64,000 bases of DNA from Octopus sinensis (lineage: Eukaryota). The translations under genes were made by a program, and so were the position numbers. The stretch lies in the NCBI RefSeq assembly GCF_006345805.1, contig NC_043000.1:116994001-117058000 (forward strand), in the 5' to 3' direction. Under the pieces are notes generated by a model. That model ran no database searches, was not told the origin of the DNA, and saw nothing but the letters and a program-made list of their open reading frames with translations. Shown here one piece after another: positions 52,507 to 64,000 of the stretch (position 1 is its first letter; each line of letters opens with the position of its first letter).

Positions 52507-53221
52507 TATCAGTAGAACTGTTTAGTGTCAGCTGTCTGTTACTCTAACCAATTCATAAGAGGACGTTGTAATGAGACGCAAAAGATTTTTAAAAAAATAT
52601 ATTAACTCAATTTTCCTAATAAGAAGAACATTAAAAAAAAACAAAAAGGAATTATTATTAGGGAAAACTTCAGAAGAATTATATCTAGAAAAGATATGGT
52701 ATAGATATCTATTTTCAGCTTCAAATATAAATTATTTTCCGTTAACGTAAGAGACTGTTATATGTATATCATTTCAACTTGTTGAAAACACGTATGAACC
52801 TATTCAGAATATCAAATATATTCGTTTGAACCTCAAATTATCTTCCAACAACAATATCTAAAGAATACGCAGGTATGCATTAATTCTCGTGTCATCGAAT
52901 TTTATTTTATATTTACTGAATTGTGTTGATGGTTCATAGTACGCACAAACATTTTTTTGTAGAACTGTAAATCTATGGAGAGAGCAATATCTGTGTCGGA
53001 AATAGTTCTAAATAAAGTATAGGGTTTTGGGTGCTCCATACTTGAGAGAAGAATAACTTTTAGAAAACCGAAGTAGTTTTGAAGATAAATGTGTGTGCTA
53101 ATAAAATGGTTTTATAATAGTTAAATATTATTTGACACACAGCGTACGTATCATAAACGTGTTTTAGAATAGAAAATAATGTCAGGTGTGCACAAAGCAA
53201 GTCAGACAGAAAGGTAAAATA

Positions 53222-53529
53222 TTTGTTGTTTGTTCCTTCGCGAGCCATGCCTGGCTCATTAGGGCCGGTTTCCCTGTTTCCTTGGCGTATAGCCCCCCCC
53301 CCCACTGGACGAGACGCCGGTCCGTCGTAGGTGAGCTGCAAGTTGCAGGAAGAAAGAGCGAGAGAGTTGTGGCGAAAGAGTCAGCAGAAGTCCGCCATTA
53401 CCTTCTGCCGGAGCCGCGTGGAGCTTAGGTGTTTCGCTTGTAAATATAGACATCACCCGGTCTGAGATTCAAACCCGCGATCCGACGACCGCGAGTCCAC
53501 TGCTCTAACCACTAGGCCATGTCTCTCCA
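53222..53529 (-). mobile_element. SINE: D head + V-like tail (variant 3' end)
   Basis: Flanked by aagg(t/c)aaaatatt near-duplication. Confidence 0.9.
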
Positions 53530-53637
53530 CAAGGCAAAATATTGCTTGAGGCTTAACGGTGTGGCCAAAATAGCTTCAGAATCACAAAGGTGCTCTATGT
53601 ACAATGGGTGTGCCAAAGCGTGGCCAACTGAAACTAT

Positions 53638-54041
53638 AAATATTCTTTTCTACTCTAGGCACAAGGCTCGAAATTTTGGGGCAGGGGACCAGTCGATTAT
53701 AACGACCCCAGTACGCAACTGGTACGTAATTTGTCGACCCCGAAAGGATGAAAGGCAAAGTTGACCTCGACGGAATTTGAACTCAGACATAAAGACAGAT
53801 GAAATGCCTATTTCTTTATTACCCACAAGGGGCTAAACATGGAGGAGACAAACAAGGACGGACATAGGTATTAAGTCGATTACATCGACTTCACTGCGTA
53901 ACTGGTACTTAATTTATTGATCCCGAAAAGATGAAAGGCAAAGTTGACCTCGACGGAATTTGAACTCAGAACGTAGCGGCAGACGAAATGCTGCTTAGCA
54001 TTTCGCCCGGCGCGCTAACGTTTCTGCCAGCTCGCCGTCTT
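53638..54041 (-). mobile_element. Dimeric family A SINE
   Basis: Junction gaaataggcatttc at 53801-53814. Confidence 0.88.
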
Positions 54042-55392
54042 TGAGACTATAGATATTATCCAACCATCTTGCTGTTGGTCTAATCCTAGGTCCCCTTCGG
54101 CTTGAAGAATCTATCTTATGATTCTTACCAATGGCATTCTAATCACACATCCGTCTCAAATAAAATAAATTATAGGTTGTTGATCTAATTGAAAATATAG
54201 TTCACATTTATTTAATGTAGAGCCGATTGCAAAGCCAGTTCATCTTCTTGGATGAGGCAGCCGTATCTGGATAATCCCGTTGATTCGTAAAGTATTACTT
54301 AATTTGAAAGGGCATTGATATTATCTTCTAAGAAATTAACGCGTGTTTGACTTTAGATTAAACATAAATTTTTCAGGAATGGGAATATATTGCGTTCAAA
54401 TTATTTATTGCATGTAACCAGCAATTTCGGAGAAGGAATAATTCGACTAGATCGCCTCCAGTGCTCAACTGGTATTTATTTTATCAACTATGAAAGAATC
54501 ACAGACAAATCAGACCTTGGTGGAATTTGAATTTCGGAATGTGTTGATGGATGAAATGCCGCTAAGCATTTCATCCAACGTGCTAATGATTGTAGCAACT
54601 CGCCACCTTAGAAATATAGATATATTGATAGATAAAGTACTTTTTTTCTAACTAGAGGTGTTACTTCAGCTGCTGTTTGTTCGCTTCGTGTTTGACCTAC
54701 ATTTGTATATAAAAGAATTATAAGAAGAGAAATAATTCATTTGAATTTTTTTCAATAATTTTCCATTTAACGGGCAAAAGAATTATGATAGTCCACGCTA
54801 TAAATATCGACGAAAACAGAAAGCATGAAATGCAGAATGAAACGAAATATAATAATTTGTGGAAAATTTGAAAATTAAAATCACAATATATTATATGAGT
54901 AAAATCAATTGTTTTTGTGTTTATGTGTGAGTACATATTTATTTGCGCTTGCACATGTTTATGTGTCTGATAATATTTAGTAAATATATTACATATTACT
55001 TTATGAATTTTCAGATATAATATTACTATAGAAAAAAATCTTATTTACATCCATGTCGATTTATGTGAAAGACAATTGTCAGATACGTTATTTTTGTTTT
55101 TAAATTTATGATCTTCAAGTGCGATTTTATTCCAAAATTTGAAAAACTAAGAAAATTTTGTAACGTCGTAAAACAAACTGATGATAAATCTTTAGTATTT
55201 TAATCAAATATTTTCGAGATACGTAATTATTTTTAATCGGGAACTAGGAACAATATTTATCTCAAGAAATGATACAATATCTGATCTCTTTGTTTAACCT
55301 GAGGTCAATCTGAGTTCAGCTTTGACAGATCGAACCGAAGACCAAGGCATTGCAGTCGCGATCATAGCTTTTATTTACAATAGAGTATTATT

Positions 55393-55595
55393 GAGATGTA
55401 CTTGCATAGCGAGTGACTTGATCTGAGATCGTGTGCTGGAACGAAAACAATTGCAGCGTGGAAGGTGTTTATAAGCCATTTAAGAAACACAGAAAATCGT
55501 TAGATTCACTTCAACATTTAAATTTAATTTGTCGAAATATTTTCGTCGCTTTCAGACCGCGACCTGTTCACTGACAAAGCTTCGTGCTGCATCTC
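55393..55595 (-). mobile_element. ~200-bp element with 8-bp inverted ends carrying a hammerhead motif
   Basis: gagatgta ... tgcatctc; boundaries inferred from these ends only. Confidence 0.5.
55528..55578 (-). ncRNA. Minimal type I hammerhead motif with G3-C8 core variant
   Basis: TTTGTCA-GTGAACA-G-GTCGC-GGTCTGAAA-GCGAC-GAAA-ATATT-T-CGACAAA. Confidence 0.62.
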
Positions 55596-55910
55596 TTATC
55601 ATTATTATTGCATACCAGAAACCACATCGTTCAACCTAAGCTTATTTAGTCTATTAAAAAAAAGGATGTGTTTTTTCGGAAATATTTCCTTTTTACTTAT
55701 TTAGTATCAAGTGTAGATGCTAAATCCCTTTTAGCTGAAGAAGCCTTGAGTAATATACGGGCGCATGCATACACACACACGGACATATTAATATTTAGCA
55801 GAAGTCACAGAGAGACTCAACGGGCAAGAGTTTTGGGCATTGACTTGAGTTTCATTAGTGCAACGTAGGAAACTCTCGACCCTTGAACGACTCTGATAAA
55901 TATGAATAAA

Positions 55911-55952
<42 letters not shown>

Positions 55953-56023
55953 TCATATTTTGAATGACGTATTTCTTGTTTGTATCGCCAAATCTATCTA
56001 TCTATCTATCTATCTATTTATAT

Positions 56024-56089
<66 letters not shown>

Positions 56090-56095
56090 CATATA

Positions 56096-56647
56096 TGAGA
56101 GGGAATCCACTAAAAGTGAACTCCCTTACGCTAGCCACTAAAAGTTGTTCTCAAGAAAAAATTTAGCACACCATGAACGTAAGCGGGCTGGACAAATGAA
56201 AAATAACAAAAATATAGATTAACCCCTTACAATTGTTTCACTGTTAATAAATTATGCAATTTTACTTACACAATTAATTTGCAGATGGTCAGTGGAGTCT
56301 GTCAAGAATATAATTTGTGGAACTGCACGCCATATATTAACACGAGGCCAAAAATGCGAGCAGTACGGCCTATTACATTCATAGTTATATTCAAATGCCC
56401 TCGTCCAGCGTGCCAAATCTCCGGAAATAAATACCGCATAAACAATTCACTGCAGTAGCTAACGCCGGGTTGAGAACAATATTAATTAAGAATTAAAATT
56501 AAAATAAGGGTAAAAAATTGTATATTAATTTAATAATATCAGTTTAACACCAATGCCCACTTACGTTTATGGTGTGCTAAAGTTTTTCTTGAGAACAACT
56601 TTTAGTGGCTAGCGAAAGGGAGTTCACTTTTAGTGGATTCCCTCTCA
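56096..56647. mobile_element. MITE with 93-bp TIRs in TA context (Tc1/mariner-like)
   Basis: 56096-56188 is the inverted copy of 56555-56647. Confidence 0.88.
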
Positions 56648-56650
56648 CAT

Positions 56651-57169
56651 ATCTATATATATAAAACTGTAGTTGTGTGAGTGTCTGTCTCCTACGATTT
56701 AGATTCCTAACTCCTCCCACATTTTGCGGTGCAGTTTAACCAAATTCGGGTATCGTATAGTCGTGATTAATATCGAGCCCGTCTGAGTATTAGCGCGCGT
56801 CTACGATGAGTCTACGATTTTAAAAATAATTTAACATCATTTTTTTATTCCATTTAATGCATAATTTTTCGTGTGTCGATGGCGGCGGAGTTGGCGTCCA
56901 CGCTCAAACACCTGCACCTGTGTTTGCTTCTCTCCCTTCTTCCCTCCCTCGTGAAGCTGTGGGGAAGGAAGTTTAAGGAAATCAACGTCTTAATGCGTTG
57001 TCAAGGAGACCAGCGTTCTTTTAGAACTACGACTTCATGGCTTGAAGACACCAAAACAGAAATGGCTAAGAAAGCCCGAATTGGCATCTATAAAGGAAGT
57101 AACTCTCTAAAAATGCTTATATAGTTATTTCCCTTACAAACCCGAGCAACGCCGGGCGATACTGCTAGT
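56651..57169 (-). mobile_element. HINE-like Helitron/Helentron, different internal sequence
   Basis: Same 5' terminus actagcagtatcgcccggcgttgctcgggtttg and 3' acagttttatatatatagat as the 41505 family. Confidence 0.78.
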
Positions 57170-57267
57170 GTATTAATAATATTTACTGAATCTCAGTTTT
57201 TTATGCACTAAAACATTGGTGTTAAACTGATATTATTAAATTAATATACAATTTTTCACCCTCATTT

Positions 57268-57306
<39 letters not shown>

Positions 57307-57354
57307 TTCCCTCATGCACATATATAAATGTGGTAATTATAGGAGGGAATCAAA

Positions 57355-57560
57355 CGAATGAAATGGTTGCAGAATATCGAAAGCAGAATTTCCGCTGTGC
57401 CTGACATGTCGTAAGATTCAAACACGCCAAGTAGACCCGTGAAGTTGCTGAGCAGTATCGAAAAGATCGGAAAAAAAACGCGGTCAAGGCTCCCACAGCG
57501 ATGGGACGAAGACGATGTATTGAACAGATCGAAGCCAAGACAGAAAAGTAGGGCGGAATA
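57355..57560 (+). mobile_element. Possible RTE LINE ORF C-terminal relic
   Basis: RPVKLL..IEKIGKKTRSRLPQRWDEDDV loosely fits the RTE G.R.RGRP..RW.D.V motif. Confidence 0.35.
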
Positions 57561-57946
57561 AAGAAACACTCGGAAGCGCATTGTGTCCAGTGGTGTGTAA
57601 TTATATTCAATAATCTGGTCGATACAGGGATACAGTGATATATGTTCTGTTACTAAGCTATACTCGTTCATGTGTGACGATTGGCTCTCATTACATATAT
57701 ATTTACTAGAAATATTAGTTTAATAATTAATATGCATTCTGTCTTTAAGAGACGATCGTTATCTCGCTGGAAAAATGCTTCCCGATATGTCTTCCGACTT
57801 TCACATGTTGGGGTCGATAAAATAAGTATCAATCGAGCATCGATGTCGATGTAATCGACTTGCCTCCTCCCCGAAATTGCTGGCCTTGTGCCAAAACTTG
57901 AAACCACTAGTCAATCTCTCATTCATTCTCTCTCTCTATATATATA

Positions 57947-58180
57947 TATTTCTTTATTGCCCACAAGGGGCTAAACATAGAGGGGACAAACAAGGACAGA
58001 CAAACAGATTAAGCCGATTACAGGGATCCCAGTGCGTAACTGGTACTTAATTTATCAACCCTGAAAGGATGAAAGGCAAAGTCGACCTCGGCGGAATTTC
58101 TACTCACAACGTAAAGGCAGACAAAATACCGCTAAGCATTTTGCCCGGCGCGCTAACGTGTCTGCCAGCTCGCCGCCTTA
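57947..58180 (-). mobile_element. Family A SINE, full length
   Basis: Head taaggcggcgagctggcagacacgttagc through tail. Confidence 0.92.
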
Positions 58181-58550
58181 CTCTCTCTATATATATATGA
58201 GTGTGTGAGTGCGCGTATGTGTGTATACGTGTATGTGAGCGTGTGTGTATATACCTTAGGTATAGAAACCACGAACTTGTAAAACGAGCTTCTAATGCCT
58301 TAGACAGTTTTGGTGAAGTCATTCGAATATTTCCATATATTGTCAATACGACGTCTTCATTCTTTAGATATATGTGTCAGGGATATTAATGAGCTACTAC
58401 GAAATTTAGAACCAATGACATGAAGTCTACAGCTTAGGAAAAGTATATTCCTGTTCCACATACACATCTCTTGTAGCAGGTATAAACAACGCCTCGGCCT
58501 TTTCTAGTTTATTGTAAGTTCAAAATCATTAGAAGCACTGGAGAAGTTCA

Positions 58551-59008
<458 letters not shown>

Positions 59009-59681
59009 ATTATTGAATGTTTCATGTGAGTCGCAAGAAAAAGGATAATCTGCATAGAACAAATCGTGAACAAGCGAAATAAAGATATTTGCTTTAGCAT
59101 CGACATGATTCAAATTAAACAGCCTACCTATTGGGCAATACGATTATGGTTAGATGAGGATCCTTAACAAAATACGTAAGCAAGAACAACTTCAAGTATG
59201 AAAAAATTTAACTCCTTGAACATCAGTACCGTTTGTTGGGAACATTACCAGCTGAACAGAAGTGAATAGTTATCAAAAAAAGACAGTCATTACACTGCCG
59301 GCTGAGAAAATTTGAAGTGTCTATGAAAATTACAAAATGCAGTGTTCAAAATCAGCAATGCACTTCCGAGTGTTTCTACTAAGTTCTTTTTAGCAGAAAA
59401 TTCAGAGATAATCTAGCTTGTAGTTCACGGAATAAAAACTAGATAATGATTACAAATGACAGATTTGTCTGTCACGTAACCGCAGACAAATACTTGGTGA
59501 TATTATGCATGCAGCTTTAACAGCTCAGCTGAAAAAATGGTGTCCCTTATATCTAAGTCGTGTATCATCTACTATTAGAAAATACATTTTGAACGATTGA
59601 ACGACAGCACAAGGCGAAACTGTGGCCTGTGTCCTTTTTGAAAAGATTACTTCTAACACTTGCCACAACAAAATCGGCGCA

Positions 59682-59752
<71 letters not shown>

Positions 59753-59783
59753 ATATATATATATATATACATATATATATGTG

Positions 59784-59829
<46 letters not shown>

Positions 59830-59832
<3 letters not shown>

Positions 59833-60246
59833 GCGTAGGAGTGGCTATGTGGTAAGTAGCTTGCTTCCCAACCACATGGTTCTGGGTTCATTCCCACTGA
59901 ATGGCACCTTCGGCAAGTGTTTTCTGCTATAGCCTCGGACCGACCAAAGCCTTGTGAGTGAATTTGGTAGACGGAAACTGAAAGAAGCCCGTCTTATATA
60001 TGTATATATGTATGTGCGTGTATATGTTTGTGTGTCTCTTTTTGTCCCCCCAATATCGCTTGAAAACCGATGCTGGTGTGTTTACGTCCCCATAACCTAG
60101 CGGTTCGGCAAAAGAGACCGATAGAATAAGTACTAGGCTTACAAAGAATACCCGGTGTCGATTTGCTCGACTAAAGGTGGTACTCCTGCATGGCCGCAGT
60201 CAAATGACTGAAACAAGTAAAAGAGTAAAAGAGTAAAATAGAGTAT
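59830..60246 (+). mobile_element. Family B SINE, full length
   Basis: Head to (gagtaaaa)n tail. Confidence 0.93.
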
Positions 60247-60653
60247 ATATAGGAATCGGTACTCTTTTATTATAACTGTTATCATTACTGCGCTCTTTAT
60301 ATTATGCCATATCCCACCATCAGATACGGATAAACCGTGTGTTCAATCGACGGTGGGAGACTAAGGTGATTAACATTTTAGCTGAAACACATATGGTTTA
60401 ATTGTCGTCTGTTGAGCGTATATATATATATATATATATATGTGTCAGAAATATTAAATTTCTAAATATCTCATAGGGATATGTACGGTGGTGGGGCGAT
60501 AGAGTGGTTGTATACTCTCAACTTAACGTGACAGTAAGGGAATTACACCACCGCTGTTTAGCCCTAGGAAGCATCGACGCTTCCTGTCGGCTTCGACACA
60601 TTTTCCGTGTCCTTATATATTTACGAAGGGGAGACAAATACCCCCAACAGCTA

Positions 60654-60719
60654 GGCCTGCATCTAGAGACACGCATGTTTCAGGGTCTTTGCCCATCATC
60701 GGTCTAGAGTAGCAGAGCC
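60654..60719 (-). ncRNA. Type I hammerhead-like motif with extended stem I (U4C variant)
   Basis: GGC-T-CTGC-TAC-TCTAGA-CCGATGA-T-GGG-CAAAGA-CCC-T-GAAA-CA-TGCG-TG-T-C-TCTAGA-T-GCAGGCC. Confidence 0.62.
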
Positions 60720-61056
60720 CTGCAAGCTGAAGATAAATCTTTATTACAATCATGCGATTTTACATAGAATTGGACATCACAAGACAAACAATTACAAAGA
60801 ATGTTATGAGAGTTCGAATGATACTTAAAAATTATTAAAAATTAATTATAATGTAACATGAACGAAAACTTGGCTTACTTTTGCCTTTATAACGAGAACT
60901 TTAGTGCGTGTTTTTTTTTGTTTTTGTTTTTTTAAACAAAAAAATAATTAGACGTTATAACATATGTAAAATGAAAAGGAATGGGAAGTGCCGGTTTCGA
61001 ATTTTGAACCCGGCAGCCTATAAGGCCCAGCAACTAATTTTTCCCTTCTTCGATGA

Positions 61057-64000
61057 TTAAGCTGGGTTACTAACGCCCACCTTTCTCATCACATCCTTGC
61101 AACGTTTCATATACTCTTTCTGTGGCAGGCTCCTCTTCTCCAACCCCATCTTGCTCTTCAGATATCTGAAGTATTTTAACAAACTGGGGCCAGAGACAAA
61201 GGACCCTTTCACTAAATCTTCCATTCTGGTTCTCCACACACACTCTTTCAGAACTACCACCGTACAGTAAAAACAAGCCTTACCTTCCTTTGAGAGTCCA
61301 GTTGGCGGTATCATCTTTATCATAGATCCAGCCGACAGCTGTACTCGTCCCAGATGCGACAACACGTGTTCAACGTAACTTATCAAGCTTGACAGCTCCC
61401 GACATTGTACAAAAGCGTGTTGAACGGTTTCATCGTCCAACCCACATCTTGGACACGTCGGTGGCACTGACATTCCGTGCCTGGATAACTTATCGCGAAC
61501 AGGTAATGCATTCCTATAGCACTGCCAGGTCAGGGATTTTTGGTAATTGTCCAAATACCCCGGCCTGAAAGTCTTCTTAAACAGGTTGGAGAGTTGATTC
61601 TCATCGAACCCCAGAGCCCCTCCTAGGACGTCGTCATTTTTTGCCTCTACCAGCCCTCCTTAGAACACCGAGGTAGTATTCCCGCTGCCGGCCTTGCCCA
61701 CCTTGTGGATTAGCCAGAGTGCCTGTCGGCACTCCTTCTGCCATAAAGTCAGGTTACGTCTTTTAATGAAACCGGGTTTAAATCTCTCCATAGAGGCCGG
61801 TCGCGGGAAGAATTCCTCTGCCAGCGGACTCCACACCTTATCACCCTCCAGGTGACACCAGAGATGTCTCAGCCTCAACGCATGCCTGCGCATCATTAGC
61901 CAAGGCATCCCCAGCCCGCCCTTTAGCGGTTCCTGGCAACACACGGAGCGTCTCACAAGTGGCTTTCCTCCCCTCCACAAAAAGCGGAAAAGGAGTCGTT
62001 CCAACTTGCTTAACCACGAATCGAGGCAAGGCACGACGGTCAGGCGGTAGGTGATGACAGAGGCTATAAACATATGTACCATCTCCGCCCTCCCTTTCAA
62101 GGAAAGATGCCTTCCGGACCACTTCTGTACTATAGCTTCTACCTTGTTCGCTACCTCGCTCCAATTCTTCTTCGTCTGGGAGTCTGGACCAAACCAAACT
62201 CCGAGCAATTTAACAACACGGGACAATATCGGCTTGTTCCTCCAGGTGCCGATGCGCAAACCGGTGGACTTGTCCTTGTTAACTTTTGCCCCTGCCACCG
62301 CTTCGTATCTTCGGAGAGCACCTTCTACACGAGCGAGCTGTGCTTCGTTGGACACGATAAGGGTTACGTCATCCGCATAGGCAGAAACAGACTTACCGCA
62401 TCCGATTTCATTAGGGTTGCCTCCCAACTTCTCCAACTTCCGCAGCAATGGCTCAAGAGCCAAAACATACAGGAGCGGGGACAAGGGACACCCTTGACGA
62501 ACTGAACGTTTGATCGAAAACGGCTCCGTTAGGTAACAGTTTATCTGGACTGTGGACTTGATGCCGCTGTACATAGCTGAGATCCACCCGCAAAAGCCAG
62601 AGCCCAACCCAGCCGCCCCGAGGACCGCCGCCAAGTACCGATGGTCTACCCTATCGAACGCTTTCCTTTGGTCTAAATGGACCAATGCCCCTCCTTTGCC
62701 GGCTAATTTCCCGACCCTGTCTATAGTGTAGCGGAGAAGGTGAAGATTATCCTGGATCGACCTACCTGAGATTGCACATGTCTGTGCCTTCCCGACAAGT
62801 TTCTCCACGACAGCCGTCAACATTTTTGCTAACACCTTGGCCAAAATCTTAAACTCTACATTAAGTAGAGTTATGGGCCTATAATTACTAATATTATCCC
62901 CCTTGTTCGGGTCTTTCTGGACCAGCGTCACAACTCCCCGGCTCTCAGAACTGGGAATCCTCCCATTCTGTTGCCAGTTCGCATAGACTCCCGCCAGTAT
63001 ATCTCTTAACAAATCCGGCATACAACAATAGAACTCATAGGGCAGACCATCTAACCCCGGCGACTTTTCCCCGGTGCAACCGGCCATAACCTCTCTTACA
63101 TCCGCGGGAGAGATCGATCCTTCACAGCATTCCGCCTCACGTGTCGAGAGCCGCGGCCCACCGGCTAGGAAGTCCTTTAAGGCCTCCCCTCGCTCGAGCG
63201 GACCGCCATCCCTAAACAACCGGGCGAAATGCTGGTGAAGGACCTACTGCATCTCCTCCTGTCCATAGATCTTGCGACCCTGCTCGTCAGTTAAAGACTT
63301 AATACAGGACTTTTTGCCCTTCTGACTCTCCTCACGACGGGCCCATCCGGCAACATTAATAGCTTCTCGTTTCCCTGCACGTAACTTAGCTCTGACTCTA
63401 CACCCCTCATGCTTGGCGTTGAGGTGACGGTACAAGACCGTTCTCGCTGCCAACACTCCAGATGTACAGCCAGATTCCATTGCCTCGTCTAAGTTCTTAA
63501 CTAATTCGCCCTCTATTCTAGTCCTATCTAAACTTAGCTGCTTGCTAAATCTAATGCACTCCAAACGGATGGCTCTTTTGAGGGCGAGCCACCATCTATT
63601 ATTAATGATGGTGCCACATAATGCCCTCTGGACTAATTCCTTAATCCGGGTACGGAAAGCTTCACAAGTCAAAATAGACTTGTTCATTTTCCAGTACCCG
63701 GGACCCTGTCTATGGCATTTATCTACCTGTACCTCACACGTCACAAGCTTGTGATCCGTGTAAGCCACAACAGAAAATTGTGGACAGCTAACGCTATTCC
63801 TATCTCGTTCCTTAACAAATACGATCTGCGTGAGCCGTCGTTGTTACTCCACGTCCACTGTGGAACGTTCGGCTCATCCAGTCGAAAACGGTCTACTAGA
63901 TTAAAGCTCGCTAGTAGAGCCTTGAGGCAAGGATTCCCTTTTCTATCGTTCGAGCCTACACTATCAACCCGCGCATCGAGAATAGTGTTGAAGTCCCCTA
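61057..64000 (-). pseudogene. Tx1/L1-clade LINE ORF2 (APE, RT, C-terminal Cys/His motif), runs off window
   Basis: GDFNTILD, YTDHK, SPGLDGLPYEFY, NYRPITLLN, LDQRKAFDRVDH, VRQGCPLSP, YADD, CPRCGLDDETVQHAFVQC; in-frame stops at 63244 and 61660 and one frameshift near 63820. Confidence 0.93.

Overview
Gene-poor, AT-rich animal genomic DNA made almost entirely of microsatellites and transposable elements. The SINE repertoire and the extreme (TA)n/(CA)n/(TATG)n load look like an octopus (cephalopod) genome; this assignment is from recall of such repeats, not from a search. No intact host gene is visible. The long ORF-track entries are either microsatellite read-throughs or retroelement remnants. 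Recognisable elements: a near-intact Tx1/L1-clade LINE ORF2 (61057-64000, -), a decayed CR1-group LINE (963-3420), a decayed R4/Dong-type RLE LINE split by two Helitron/HINE-like insertions (41260-44270, -), mariner and pogo relics, several MITEs, a 1.9-kb foldback element with ~600-bp modular TIRs and a perfect 8-bp TSD (13353-15267), and dozens of tRNA-derived SINE copies that swap head and tail modules. Family labels A, B, C, D, E and V are my own. The most interesting signal is five minimal type I hammerhead-ribozyme motifs in four unrelated short repeats, all on the minus strand. They include one with a compensatory G3-C8 core swap (55528-55578), one at the 3' end of the Tx1 LINE (60654-60719), and one apparently destroyed by a quasi-palindrome template switch (5219-5264). 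Boundaries of degenerate elements are approximate.
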